DNA of 64,000 nt from an uncultured Acidobacteriota bacterium. GTDB taxonomy: Bacteria; Acidobacteriota; Terriglobia; Terriglobales; Acidobacteriaceae. Position numbers and translations under genes: made by a program. The notes under the pieces are model-generated. The model saw only the letters and a list, made by a program, of their open reading frames with translations. It did not search any database and had not been told where the DNA came from. Each line of letters begins with the position of its first letter. Within the stretch, counting starts at the first letter, position 1. Shown here piece after piece: positions 1 through 10,700 of this stretch. The DNA lies in NCBI GenBank assembly GCA_963744185.1, contig CAVUSR010000014.1:1524-65523 (forward strand), written 5' to 3'.

Positions 1-264
1 GTGCGCAACACACGGGAGCTCGAAGAAGCGATCGAGTGCGGCGCCGAGGCGATTCTGCTGGACAACATGACGCCGCTCGAAGTGAAGAATTCGGTCGATC
101 GCATCAAGCAGGAGGCGCGCTGGATCCCCACCGAGGCGTCGGGCGGAATTTTTCTGGACAACATCCGCGCCTACGCCGAGACCGGGGTGGAATTTATCAG
201 CGTGGGGGCGCTCACTCACTCGGCGCGTGCGGCGGACATTTCGATGTCCATTTCCGCCGAGTGA
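1..264 (+). CDS. nadC: nicotinate-nucleotide diphosphorylase (quinolinate phosphoribosyltransferase), C-terminal fragment; the 5' end lies outside the window
   Basis: Open from base 1 to TGA 262-264. The translation (GAEAILLDNMTP...EASGGI...ETGVEFISVGALTHSA) matches the C-terminal barrel of NadC-type QPRTases. Confidence 0.85.
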   Translation: MRNTRELEEAIECGAEAILLDNMTPLEVKNSVDRIKQEARWIPTEASGGIFLDNIRAYAETGVEFISVGALTHSARAADISMSISAE

Positions 265-272
265 TCGTCTGA

Positions 273-1070
273 ATGTTTGATCTGGCTGCACTCGACAGGT
301 CTATGGCCGGCACAATCTTCGCCGGCAAGCTGCACTTCCTGCCTGTCACCAGTTCAACCAATTCAGACGCTTTGGTCGCCGCGCGCAGTGGCGCTCTACA
401 CGGGTCTGTTTACTTTGCCGATGAGCAGACCGCGGGGAGAGGCCGCGGCGACCACGCCTGGCACTCCGCCGCCGGGCAGGGCCTTTACGTCAGCGTGGTA
501 CTGCGCCTTCCGCTTCCGGCGGCTCGCCTGCCTTTGTTGCCGCTGGCGGGCGGCCTGGCTGCTGCCGACGCGATTCGGATGGCGAGCGGCCTCACGGTCG
601 ACTTGCGATGGCCCAATGACCTGCTCCTCGGTCCGCACAAGACCGGCGGTATCCTCGTGGAGGCTCAGACGGACGCGGGGCACCTCGCCTTCGCCGTGAT
701 GGGGATTGGCATCAATGTGCACCAGCGCAGCTTCGATCCCGCGCTTTCGACTCCCGGCACGTCGCTCGATCTTGAGTCGGGCCGCACGATCGACCGTCAG
801 CAGCTACTGATTGCTCTTCTTGAATCGATTGAGGTGGAAACGCGCGCCCTTCTCGACCCTGCGTCCGGGAAAACGATCCCTGCGCGGCTGGAGCGGGCTT
901 CGACCTGGCTCCGCGGGCGCGAAGTTGAGGTCCACGGCCCGCAGGCCTGCAGCGGCGTTACCGAGGGTCTCGACCAGCACGGATTTCTTCTGGTCCGTAC
1001 GACGGGCGGCCTGGTCCAGGTTCAGACCGGGGGGATTCGGGCGGTGAACGGTAGAGCCTCACGAGCGTAA
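273..1070 (+). CDS. birA: biotin--[acetyl-CoA-carboxylase] ligase (group I; no N-terminal HTH visible)
   Basis: 265-aa ORF with the biotin ligase signature GRGRGDHAWHS and KTGGILVE. It sits in the common nadC-birA-coaX arrangement. Confidence 0.85.
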   Translation: MFDLAALDRSMAGTIFAGKLHFLPVTSSTNSDALVAARSGALHGSVYFADEQTAGRGRGDHAWHSAAGQGLYVSVVLRLPLPAARLPLLPLAGGLAAADAIRMASGLTVDLRWPNDLLLGPHKTGGILVEAQTDAGHLAFAVMGIGINVHQRSFDPALSTPGTSLDLESGRTIDRQQLLIALLESIEVETRALLDPASGKTIPARLERASTWLRGREVEVHGPQACSGVTEGLDQHGFLLVRTTGGLVQVQTGGIRAVNGRASRA

Positions 1071-1934
1071 TTGAATACAATCGAAGCAATGCTGCTTGCG
1101 CTCGACGTAGGAAATACCAACACCGTCCTCGGCCTTTACCGCCTCAACGTGGAGCCCTCGGCACAGGGAGCGACCGGTGCTGTGCACTCCGAGGAGGAGC
1201 GCGAACTGGTGGCTCACTGGCGGGTGACGACCCATCGCACGCAGACCTCCGACGAGTACGGCGTGCTGTTCGTGAATCTGTTCCAAATGAGCGGCATTTC
1301 GGTCGACGAGGTGCACCACATCATCATCTCCTCGGTGGTGCCGCCCATCGAAAGCACGCTCCGCCGCGTCTGCGAAAAATACTTTCACCTGCAGCCGATC
1401 TTTGTGGAGCCGGGCATCAAGACCGGCATGCCGGTCCTGGTCGACAACCCCACCGAACTGGGTGCTGACCGTCTGGTCAACGCCATCGCAGCGTATGAGC
1501 GCTATGGCGGGCCGTGCATCGTAGTCGATTTCGGTACGGCGACCACGTTCGACGTGATCTCCGCTAAGGGTGAATATCTCGGTGGCGCCATTTCGCCGGG
1601 CCTTGGCATCAGCGCCGATGCACTCTTCTCGCGTGCCGCGCGCCTGGGGCGTGTGGACATCAAGCGCCCCGCCAAGGTGATCGGAACCAATACCGTGACG
1701 CACCTGCAGAGCGGCCTTTACTACGGCTACATCGGCCTGGTCGACGGCATCATCGAGCGCATGATTGCTGAACTTGGGGCGCCGGCACGCGTCATCGCCA
1801 CCGGCGGTCTCGCCCGCCAGATCAGCGAAGATTCGCGCTACATTGCGCAGATCGACGACATGCTCACTCTCGACGGTCTGCGCATTCTGTTCGATCGCAA
1901 CCGCACCGCCCGCCCGCGCACTCGCGCGCATTGA
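1071..1934 (+). CDS. coaX: type III pantothenate kinase
   Basis: Motifs LALDVGNTNTVLGLY, DRLVNAIAA and DFGTATTFD are typical of CoaX. The ORF opens at TTG 1071; ATG 1089 (MLLALDVGNT) is an equally plausible start. Confidence 0.9.
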   Translation: MNTIEAMLLALDVGNTNTVLGLYRLNVEPSAQGATGAVHSEEERELVAHWRVTTHRTQTSDEYGVLFVNLFQMSGISVDEVHHIIISSVVPPIESTLRRVCEKYFHLQPIFVEPGIKTGMPVLVDNPTELGADRLVNAIAAYERYGGPCIVVDFGTATTFDVISAKGEYLGGAISPGLGISADALFSRAARLGRVDIKRPAKVIGTNTVTHLQSGLYYGYIGLVDGIIERMIAELGAPARVIATGGLARQISEDSRYIAQIDDMLTLDGLRILFDRNRTARPRTRAH

Positions 1935-1943
1935 GGCGCGACC

Positions 1944-2654
1944 GTGCAGAATTACTTCAACTACTTCACCGAGATCGAGGAGCGTTTTCAGCAGCGGCGC
2001 GGATCGCTGCTGCTTCTCTCCACGCTCGACTGGGCGCTGATTGAAACCTGGCAGGAGGCCGGGGTGCCGCTGGAAGCCGCACTGCGTGGTATTGACGCCG
2101 CCTTCGACAAGTACGAATCGCGCCAGCACCGCGGCCATAAACGCAAGATCAATGGGCTCGCCTGGTGCGCGCAAGCCATCATGGAGGCGGCCGAAGAACT
2201 GCGCGAAGCCGCTGCCGGGGCTTCCACTACTGCGAACTATGCGGTTGCCAATTCCGGCTTCGAACACGAACGCGTGGCGGCGCACCTTGAGGCAGCGGCA
2301 GCCGCTCTCCGGAACTCAACTGTCGCAGCGGAAGTCTGCGTTGCGACGGCCATCCGCCTCGAGGACCTTGCTGCGGAGATCCGCGCCGTCGATCCCAAAT
2401 CGAGTCTCGACACGGAATCGCTGGAGCGCAACCTTACCGTTCTGGAAGAGAAGCTGTTCGCGGCTCTCACCACGGCCGCGCCTGAGGATCAGCTGGTGGC
2501 GCTCAAAGAGCACGCGGCCCGCGAACTCGCGCCTTACCGCAGCCGCATGGGCGCCGTCCAACTTCGACAGGTGGAACGACAGTTTGTACAGAAACAGTTG
2601 CTGGCGCACTACAATCTGCCGCGCCTCAGCCTCTTCTACATGAGCCAGCAATGA
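1944..2654 (+). CDS. hypothetical protein (helical, Ala/Glu-rich)
   Basis: 236-aa ORF from GTG 1944 with a GC-rich third codon position. Its stop overlaps the next gene's start (ATGA at 2651-2654). I recognise no family. Confidence 0.5.
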   Translation: MQNYFNYFTEIEERFQQRRGSLLLLSTLDWALIETWQEAGVPLEAALRGIDAAFDKYESRQHRGHKRKINGLAWCAQAIMEAAEELREAAAGASTTANYAVANSGFEHERVAAHLEAAAAALRNSTVAAEVCVATAIRLEDLAAEIRAVDPKSSLDTESLERNLTVLEEKLFAALTTAAPEDQLVALKEHAARELAPYRSRMGAVQLRQVERQFVQKQLLAHYNLPRLSLFYMSQQ

Positions 2655-3979
2655 AAGCCCGCCGCGTGCATTCCTCATCGCCCGAACGCTCTCAAACATC
2701 TGCCGCACCGCAGGTGCTGGTCGAGATTGAGAAGCCCGTTTATGGTGGCGCCTTTCTCGCGCGGCACGAGGGCAAGGCGATCTTCGTTCCGCTCGCGCTT
2801 CCCGGCGAACAGGTGCGCATTCGCATCACCGACAACAAATCCGGATACGCAACCGCCGAACTAGCCGAGGTCCTCACGGTCGCGCCGGAGCGGATTTTGC
2901 CCCGCTGTCCCCACTTTGGATCATGTGGCGGCTGTAACTATCAGCACGCCGACTATGCCACGCAACTCGCTTTCAAACAGGCGATATTGCGCGAGACTCT
3001 GGAGCGCGCCGGAGTGGCGGTCCCGGCAGAGATCGACATCCTTTCCGCGGATCCGTGGGCTTATCGCAATCGCATCCGGGTGGCCTTCGACGCCGCCGGG
3101 AATCCCGGATACCGCGGCCGCCGTTCTCACGCTCTCGTTCCCATTCGGGAGTGTCCCATCGCCGCTCCCCTGCTGGTATCCGCTGCCGAAGCCGCGGGAG
3201 AGATCCTGGCTCGCGTTCCGACTAATCTCCGCCCTCATGAGCTTTTGCTGTTCTGCGATCCCACGGAGTCTGCGCTGCTGGCCACCTTCTTTACAGTGGG
3301 GCTGACGCAACTTCGCCTTGAATCCGTTGCCAAGCCTCTCGCCGAACGTATACCTGCCGTGAAGGGGGCAGAACTTGCCACCGGAGGGCGCCCCGGCCAT
3401 CCTCCTAAGACGCTTGCGCAGTGGGGCGCACCGTCTCTCTTCTACCACGCGAGGGGATTCAGTTACCGCGTCGACCACGGCGCATTTTTTCAAGTCAACC
3501 GCTGGCTTATCGACGCATTCATCGCTCGCGTCGTCGACGGTTATCATGGCGGACTTGCGTGGGACCTCTTCGCCGGAGTCGGACTGTTCGCGCGACAACT
3601 CACGTCGCGTTTCGACAAAGTGGTTGCCGTCGAATCCGCGCCAACCGCCACGAAAGCGCTGGCCGCCAACCTCGACGCCACTACGGGTGAGGCGATTCCC
3701 GCATCCACACTCGACTTCCTCAAGGAGGACCGGAACTCGCCCCGTCCTGATTTGATCGTGGTCGACCCGCCGCGCACCGGCCTTGAAGGCGGGATCAATA
3801 CGCTTCTCGCTGCAGTCGCAGCGCCCCGCATGGTCTACGTCTCCTGCGATCCAGCCACACTCGCGCGGGACCTGAAAGTCCTTCTCGCTGGTGGTTACGC
3901 GATCGACTCAATCATCCTTGCCGACCTCTTCCCGCAGACGTTCCATCTGGAAACAGTGGTTCATCTCCGCCGCTCCTGA
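2651..3979 (+). CDS. RumA/RlmD-family 23S rRNA (uracil-5-)-methyltransferase with N-terminal TRAM domain and 4Fe-4S Cys cluster
   Basis: 442 aa. It has the Cys cluster CPHFGSCGGCNYQH, a SAM-binding region (DLFAGVGLF), and DPPRTG plus the catalytic-Cys region VYVSCDPATLARD. Confidence 0.8.
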   Translation: MKARRVHSSSPERSQTSAAPQVLVEIEKPVYGGAFLARHEGKAIFVPLALPGEQVRIRITDNKSGYATAELAEVLTVAPERILPRCPHFGSCGGCNYQHADYATQLAFKQAILRETLERAGVAVPAEIDILSADPWAYRNRIRVAFDAAGNPGYRGRRSHALVPIRECPIAAPLLVSAAEAAGEILARVPTNLRPHELLLFCDPTESALLATFFTVGLTQLRLESVAKPLAERIPAVKGAELATGGRPGHPPKTLAQWGAPSLFYHARGFSYRVDHGAFFQVNRWLIDAFIARVVDGYHGGLAWDLFAGVGLFARQLTSRFDKVVAVESAPTATKALAANLDATTGEAIPASTLDFLKEDRNSPRPDLIVVDPPRTGLEGGINTLLAAVAAPRMVYVSCDPATLARDLKVLLAGGYAIDSIILADLFPQTFHLETVVHLRRS

Positions 3980-4007
3980 TAAACTTCCTCTTCAATCGCA
4001 AACCAAG

Positions 4008-6698
4008 ATGGAGCCGGATTCTGCACCCTCCGGGAACTCTTCGGCCGCGCGAGCCTTCCTGGGCGCGGGGTTCATGCCGCTGTTTCTCGCGGCGTGTCTG
4101 TTCGCGGCGGGCGTGATTGCCACGCGCACTCTCTACCTGCCCGCGTCTCGTCTTTTGCTGGCCATAGTTGCGTTCCTCATTCTCTGCGTCTTCACGGCAT
4201 TCCGTGCACAACGTATCGCGTGGCTCCCGATGGGGATGCTTTGGGTGCTGCTGGGCGCGTGGTGCGCGGAGATGGAGCCGCAGCCCGCCCCGGCACCGGT
4301 ACTGCTCGCCCTGTCAGACGGCTTGCTGCGCACGGTTGAGGGTACAGTGACCAGCGCCGGTGCCGTTCGCAATCAGATCGATCAGAATGTTGAAGAGGCC
4401 AGCGCGGAGTCACCCTCACAGAGCATCGACCTAGCTGTTGATTCGATTGAAGTCGTCGATGACAACAGCGATCGTCAGATCGGCGTCTCCGGCAGCGTTC
4501 GCCTCAATCTAAGGTGGCGGCACTCGAGCCCGCAGCGGATCTCCTGCGGAGAGCGCATCCGCGCAACGGCCCGCATGCTTCCTCCCGCCACGTATCACGA
4601 TGCAGGCATATGGAGCCGCTCGGACTATCTCCTCGACCAAGGCATTACCTCCACCGCGTCGGTCAATATCGAGCGTGTCGAAGTGCTCGGCGCTCCCGAG
4701 AGCCGGTCAATCGCCTGCCGCTTGCACGAGGCTCAGCGCGCGGCCGGCGCACGCTTGCTTGCGCTCCCCGGGCTTATGCGCGGACTGCCTGCGCCCGTTC
4801 GTCTCACGCAAGACGACGCTGTGATGTTGAGCGCAATGGTTACCGGCGACCGCACCTTTTTGACGCATTCTCTTCGTGTGGGATTCGAGCGCACCGGTTC
4901 CTTCCACATGCTCGTCGTGTCTGGGCTGCATCTTGCAATCGTGGCTGGATGCATCCTGTGGCTGGCTCGCAAGCTGCGCATTCCGCGCGTTCCCGCCACG
5001 CTAGTCACGATCGCCGCCTCGTTTGGCTACGCGCTTCTTACGGGGTTCGCGACGCCCGTGCAGCGCTCGCTCTGGATGGTGACCCTTTATCTCATCAGCC
5101 GCCTCGTCTTTCGCGATCGCAACGTGCTCAACACTATCGGATTCGCGGCACTCTGCCTGATGGTTGCCAGTCCGCGCGCTCTCTTCGACTCCAGCCTGCA
5201 GATGACCCTGCTTGCCGTTCTTGCGATCGGAGGCATCGCCGTACCGTTCCTTGCAGCCACGATTCATCCTTACGTCAACGCGACGCGCCATTTGCGCCGC
5301 ATCGCTCTCGATGTGAAACTCGCGCCGGCTCTGGCGCAGTTTCGCGTGACTCTTCGCATGATTGCCGTGCGGCTGCAACGGGCGGCCAGCAGCCGCGTTG
5401 GATGGCATTTCTTTCCGGGCACGGTACGCTTGCTGCTGCGCGTCATTGAGGCACTGGTGGTGTCTGTCGCCATCGAACTCGCCATGATGCTGCCAATGGC
5501 CACCTGGTTTCATCGCATCACGCTGTTTGCGCTACCGGTGAATCTGCTCATCTTGCCGCTTCTACTTCTGTTGATGCCCGTGGCGCTCTTGACCTGCGTT
5601 CTTGTATTGATTTGGCCGGCCGCCGCAGTTGCACCCGGGATGGTTGTTGCGCTGCTTCTGCACTTCGGCGCGGGCATGGTGCGCCTGTTCGGCTCGCTCC
5701 GCTGGGGTGATCTGCGCGTTCCAACACCGGTGCAGAGTCAAGTCGTTGCGTTTTGGGCGCTGCTGGGGCTTGGTATCGTGCTCATGCGCTTTCCACGCCG
5801 TTGGGCACGGGTCTTCGCATGGGCCTCGCTCTTCGCCGCCGGTTTCGCTTCCATCGTTCCACTTCCGGTTCGACATCCTCACGACGCCATGTTCGTCGAG
5901 GCCATCGACGTCGGCCAGGGGGACTCGATTCTTCTTATCACGCCGGACGGCAAGACGCTTCTCATCGACGGCGGAGGCTTTGGCGGCGGTCCGCGCCAGG
6001 CGCCTCAGGATTTCGACATCGGCGAGGAGGTTGTCTCCGCTGCGCTGTGGTCGCGGGGCATTCGCCATCTCGACGCCGTCGCTTTGACCCATGCGCACTC
6101 CGACCACATGGGGGGGCTTCCGGCTGTCCTGCGGAACTTTCATCCGGCATCACTCTGGGTAGGTAACAATCCGCCTGTAGATGCCTATGCCGAGCTGCTT
6201 GCCGAAGCCCGCCAGCTCCACGTCGAGGTGCGCGCCCTGCGGGCTGGCGACGAATTCCCGCTGGGGAACACCGCCGTTCGCGTGATGGCCCCTTTTGCCG
6301 GCTATGCGCCGGGGTCCGAGCCATCCAACAACGATTCACTGGTGCTGCGCGTTGCCTTCGGCGCAACTTCAGTCCTGCTCGAGGGAGATGCGGAAGCGCC
6401 TGTCGAGCAAGCCATGCTCGCCGATCCGCGGCTGCAAAGTACGTTGCTCAAGGTAGGGCATCACGGTAGCGTAAGCTCCACTACCCCCGAATTTCTCTCC
6501 CGCGTCGCGCCCCGATGGGCGGTCATCTCGTGCGGGCTGCACAACCGCTATGGCCATCCTCGCGACGAAGTGCTGCGCGAGTTGCAATCCGCGGGCGTCC
6601 ACACTCTCAGCACCGATATCAACGGCGCTGCCTGCTTCCAGCTCGACGGGATTTCAGTTCATTCGGATCCCTCGTGCGGCTCTGATTCGCGTCGATGA
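4008..6698 (+). CDS. comEC: DNA internalization-related competence protein ComEC/Rec2 with C-terminal metallo-beta-lactamase domain
   Basis: Long polytopic membrane region followed by MBL motifs (IDVGQGDS, HAHSDHMGG, GHHGS). The track ORF opens at 3891 and overlaps the RumA-like gene, so I prefer ATG 4008 (MEPDSAP...). Confidence 0.85.
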   Translation: MEPDSAPSGNSSAARAFLGAGFMPLFLAACLFAAGVIATRTLYLPASRLLLAIVAFLILCVFTAFRAQRIAWLPMGMLWVLLGAWCAEMEPQPAPAPVLLALSDGLLRTVEGTVTSAGAVRNQIDQNVEEASAESPSQSIDLAVDSIEVVDDNSDRQIGVSGSVRLNLRWRHSSPQRISCGERIRATARMLPPATYHDAGIWSRSDYLLDQGITSTASVNIERVEVLGAPESRSIACRLHEAQRAAGARLLALPGLMRGLPAPVRLTQDDAVMLSAMVTGDRTFLTHSLRVGFERTGSFHMLVVSGLHLAIVAGCILWLARKLRIPRVPATLVTIAASFGYALLTGFATPVQRSLWMVTLYLISRLVFRDRNVLNTIGFAALCLMVASPRALFDSSLQMTLLAVLAIGGIAVPFLAATIHPYVNATRHLRRIALDVKLAPALAQFRVTLRMIAVRLQRAASSRVGWHFFPGTVRLLLRVIEALVVSVAIELAMMLPMATWFHRITLFALPVNLLILPLLLLLMPVALLTCVLVLIWPAAAVAPGMVVALLLHFGAGMVRLFGSLRWGDLRVPTPVQSQVVAFWALLGLGIVLMRFPRRWARVFAWASLFAAGFASIVPLPVRHPHDAMFVEAIDVGQGDSILLITPDGKTLLIDGGGFGGGPRQAPQDFDIGEEVVSAALWSRGIRHLDAVALTHAHSDHMGGLPAVLRNFHPASLWVGNNPPVDAYAELLAEARQLHVEVRALRAGDEFPLGNTAVRVMAPFAGYAPGSEPSNNDSLVLRVAFGATSVLLEGDAEAPVEQAMLADPRLQSTLLKVGHHGSVSSTTPEFLSRVAPRWAVISCGLHNRYGHPRDEVLRELQSAGVHTLSTDINGAACFQLDGISVHSDPSCGSDSRR

Positions 6699-6732
6699 TT
6701 TGCACCTGCGGACGCAGAAATCCTCTCGAACG

Positions 6733-6770
6733 CAAAAATATCCGGACCGCGCGAAACACGGTCCGGATAT
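6733..6770 (-). terminator. rho-independent terminator downstream of the ankyrin gene
   Basis: 11-bp perfect stem ATATCCGGACC/GGTCCGGATAT (6738-6748 and 6760-6770). On the minus strand it is followed by TTTTT (6733-6737). It lies 50 nt after the ankyrin gene stop. Confidence 0.55.
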
Positions 6771-6819
6771 CGTGACTGCTAACGTCAGAGTGCCAGAGCA
6801 CAATGCAGGGTTAAGAAAT

Positions 6820-7605
6820 TTAGTCGTGCGCGCCCTTCTTGCGCAACACGTCCGCCCATTTGTGATCGTCCATGCGCATCGCATAGTACAAGGGCCGGTG
6901 CTGACTCTGGTCGATCGCGTTGATGTCCGCTCCCTTATCGAGGAGAATCGGAATAATGCTGCCGAATTGCAATTGAAGAGCCATGTCCAGGCAGGTGTCA
7001 CCGTAGGCATCCGGCAGATTCACATTCGCGCCATGGTCGAGAAGAAACTGTACGTCGTCCTTCTGGTCGCGAATCACCGCGAAGAAGAGGGGCGTTGCGC
7101 CGCTGGCCGGCTGCGCGTTGATGTCCGCGCCCTTATTTACCAGCATCTCCGCGATCTGCCTGTGCTTTACCGAGAAAACCGCAAGGTGCAGCGGGGTATA
7201 GCCGTTCTGCATGTAGCGCGTGTCATCCCCGTGCACGGTCAATACTGCCACCGGATCCTGGTGGTTGTTTGAAGCAAGAACCTTGTCCCAGAGATCGCCA
7301 GGCGTAAAGGGTCCGTAGTTGTTTTTCGCGTTCACATCCGCGCCCGCATCCAGCAGAGCCTGCACCGCCCCTACCTGCCCGTGAAGGGCCGCAACGTGCA
7401 ACGGTGTGTCCCCGTTCTTGTCCTTATCGTTAACGAGTTTCGGGTCCTGCTGAATCAGAGCCTTGATTTTGTTGGCATCGCCCTTGCGGGCTGCGTCATG
7501 AATAGGGCCGGCGAAAGCAATCGAAGCGGAAAAAAGCATGAGTGCAGCCACTACGGCAAAGCGAGTAACGGTCAATCGTTTACAGCGGTCTACAGCAAAC
7601 TCCAT
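6820..7605 (-). CDS. secreted ankyrin-repeat protein
   Basis: 261 aa with an N-terminal signal-like segment (FAVVAALMLFSASIAFA). It has repeated ankyrin units (GDTPLHVAALHGQ..., GYTPLHLAVF..., GATPLFFAV..., GDTCLDMAL..., RPLYYAM). Confidence 0.85.
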   Translation of the reverse strand: MEFAVDRCKRLTVTRFAVVAALMLFSASIAFAGPIHDAARKGDANKIKALIQQDPKLVNDKDKNGDTPLHVAALHGQVGAVQALLDAGADVNAKNNYGPFTPGDLWDKVLASNNHQDPVAVLTVHGDDTRYMQNGYTPLHLAVFSVKHRQIAEMLVNKGADINAQPASGATPLFFAVIRDQKDDVQFLLDHGANVNLPDAYGDTCLDMALQLQFGSIIPILLDKGADINAIDQSQHRPLYYAMRMDDHKWADVLRKKGAHD

Positions 7606-7712
7606 GATTCCTCCGGATGAAAAAACATTCTATTCGATCTGTCTTTGGGAACGGTCTCATCTTTGTGGACGAGTCGTTGCGCTCCCGGGTTTCATCGTGT
7701 ACTTGCCTGTTC

Positions 7713-10700
7713 TCAGAACCGCATCCGCAACCCCAGATCGAACTGCCGCTCGCGATAGAAGTCGACTGCATTAATGTTCAGCGGCTGGCCGAATTCTGTC
7801 TGGCCGGTTTTGAGCCCGGTAAGGAAATTCAACGTTGGGAGCGATCCCGAGATTGTTCCGGGTTCGATCGAATAGCCTGTCGACTCGACTTCCGTAACAT
7901 TCTGGTGATTGAACAGGTTGAAGCTCTCCACGAGAAACTCCATTTCGCGCCCGTGGCCGAAGCCGAATTTTCGCCCAAGCCGCATGTCCGCTTTCCAGGT
8001 TCGCGGATAGCGATACGTGTTCCTGCCCACTCCGTACACCCGGTCGGCTCCGCCGTACCCATTCATGCCCGGCCCCAATCCAGCAATGGTCGTACCGTTT
8101 AGCTCGAACTCCCGTGTGATCGATCCCGCAGTGCGCATGGTGTAGGGTAACCCGCCATGAAACTGCGCAGTCCCCGACAGCATCCAGCCGTTCGTCAACC
8201 ACCGATCCGGCCCTCGGCGGTTCCAAGGCGCCTCCCATATCGCCATCGCGGAGGCTGTGTGCCGCTGATCCAGGTTGCTTGTTCCGTACTCGAGGGCGAA
8301 ATTCGTGGGATCGAAGATGCTGTCCCTCGTCACCTGCGAACTCTCGTTCGGATTCCAGTCCATTGCGTGCCCGTATGTGTATCGCGCATGAAAGCTCAAC
8401 CCGCGCCGTGCGTACCTTGACGCGCGCACGGTGGCTGCTTCATAGGTGGAGTTGGCGCGGCTGTCAATTTCGGTGATCTGCTGATAGTTGGTATTCAGCC
8501 GCCCGCCCGTCCCGTCTGCTCCGGGCCACGATGCGAAGAACGGCACGGTGATCTGCGGCTTTTTCAGCGGCCCTTTCCCTGTGCTATCCACCACCGCATA
8601 AGTGATCGTCTTCGGATTGACCGCGGGGTCGTAATTGGTGTCCATGGTCACCGGGAGCCTGCGCGCCAGACTTACCAGTGCGCCGAGGCTGACGAGAATC
8701 CGGCCAGGCATTCTCTGGTCGAGTTCCACCACTCCCTGGTGAATCTCGGCGTTGTGAAAGTTCGACGCAAACTCGACAACCCCGGGCTTCACCGTGCCGG
8801 CAGGCTCCCCTCCCAGCACGTAAGGGAAGGGAGGCGCGCCGCCGCCGTTTTCCGGCAGATTGTCTGTGGGACGCATGAAGAACTTCAGATCGCCCTTCAG
8901 CGAACCCGTCTCCGTCAGAGCCGTTTCGAGCGTACCGTTGCTTGTTCTCCCCGCGTACATGCCGTAACCCGCACGCAACACCGGCCAGCGGCTCTCGCCT
9001 TGACCCCACGCCAGGCCCAACCGCGGGCTACCCATACTCCCAAGCGCCGGAAGGCGCTGGGTCAACCGCAATGCGGGATTGTTCACCAGGGCAATCGGGG
9101 GCGGGGTGTCCTCCCGGTCCCACCGCACCCCAGCCGTCATCTCGAGCCGCTTTGCCGGGTGCCACTGCGTGGTCACAAAGGCCGCCCAGTCGTTGGTGCT
9201 CAGATACCACTGTGTCGGGCCCAGCGTTTGCGTGTAGTGGCTGTAGCACGGCAAGTAGCCTAAGCCATTCAGCTGTCCCGTGGTGTCGCGCCACGCCTTC
9301 CCGCGCTGATCACAGTTGTGTTGTTGCTTAGGGTCCAGCGCGTCCGCCAGTCCGAATTTTGCAAACACGAGCGCATCCGAGACGAAATTCTCCACGCTCG
9401 AATAGAAATAGGTCCCGGTGTGATTCCGCAGCAGGCTGGTTGCATCGCCGCTGTGCCGCAGATCGGCGCCGGCTCTCAGTTGCAGTGTGCGGCGCGCCCA
9501 GTCGAGGCTTGCCTGTGCTTCGTACACGCGCTCGTCGGGCGAACTGCCGGGTCCGAAGCGCGCCGGGTTGCCGATGGTGAATCCGTAGCGCGAGTCGACC
9601 GTCATCTGTGGAAGCTGCCCCCATACATTCGCGGCGAATCCCTGTTCGAATGGCGACGGCGGTTCCGCGCGCGCTCCCACCATCACCTGCCGTATCGAGC
9701 CCTGCGTAACGGCCCAGAGATTCGGCGAAAGACGGGCCTCCCACCGGCTCAGCACCCCCTCGCTGCTGCCTTGGCTCACACCAAAACTGTGCGAACCGAA
9801 GGTTTCAGCGGCGCGCGATAACCCGCCGCCGGGAGAATTCCACACCGCGCCAGAGCCCTCCAGCACAAAACGATGCCGTTCCGCCGTCCTCCAATCCAGC
9901 CGCCCAAACCCGCTCCAATGCTGCGAAGTTCGCGGCGCCGGCCCCAGAAGCCCCGCCAGTGATTCCAGCATTCCGGAATAAGCCTGCAACCCCTCGGCCA
10001 CGGGGTTCGCGCCGCTCAAACCCAGCCGCGCACTCAATACCTGCATCTCGTCGTTCGAGGGCTGCGCGAAGAATTGGTCGGGATGCTTTACCGTTGCCAC
10101 CGCGGGATGATTCCTCTGATTTCCGTCCAGCGAAGCAAACCACCAAAGCCGATGCCGCCCGAGTTCGCCTCCCGCACCCGCTCCCCAGCGATTCTCCTTG
10201 TCGGCCGGGCTATACGGAAACGCCGTAAATGCCGGCACCGTCGAGAGTGATCCCGGCGCGCTCTCCTTCACCCACTGCGTGAAGGGATTCTGCGCTCCCA
10301 GCAGGTCTTGACGATTGAAGAAAAATCCCTGCCCGTGAAATCCGCCGGGGCCGCCTCGGGTCTCCAGATGTACGCGCTCCCCGGTTGCAGCGCTCGATCC
10401 CGCATCTTCGATGTTCGACAAACGAAACTCGCGGATCGAGGTTTCGCTTCCGCCCGGGCCGGCGGGGAAAGCCGCGCCTGCCTGTCCTCGCACCCGACCC
10501 CCGAATGCCATGCGGGTGCTTGCCCCGTCGACGGTTATGGCACCCTGGGACCGAGCCGGACCGCTCTGGGCGACTTCTACCTCGTCGGTGTCGCTTTCTT
10601 GTCCGGGGGTGTCCAGAACGAAGTTCTCCCAGCGACGACCCGGTAACGGGAGTTGTTCCATCTGTTCTCCGTTGAGGGTTACCTCCACGGTCGCGGAACC

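Noticed and set aside
1059-2285. Long antisense ORFs throughout the track. Examples are 1059..2285(-), 11888..13222(-), 24751..25389(-), 29547..30653(-), 34791..35801(-), 39586..40722(+), 46612..47637(+), 49559..50371(+) and 56074..57186(+).
   Set aside because: Each lies opposite a gene with clear family motifs. Their translations are Gly/Ala/Arg/Asp-rich with no recognisable domains. They are classic shadow ORFs of GC-rich DNA.
3891-4007. N-terminal extension of comEC from track start 3891.
   Set aside because: It would overlap the RumA-like gene by 89 nt in another frame and adds Ser/Arg-rich sequence. ATG 4008, just after the upstream stop, gives a normal N-terminus.
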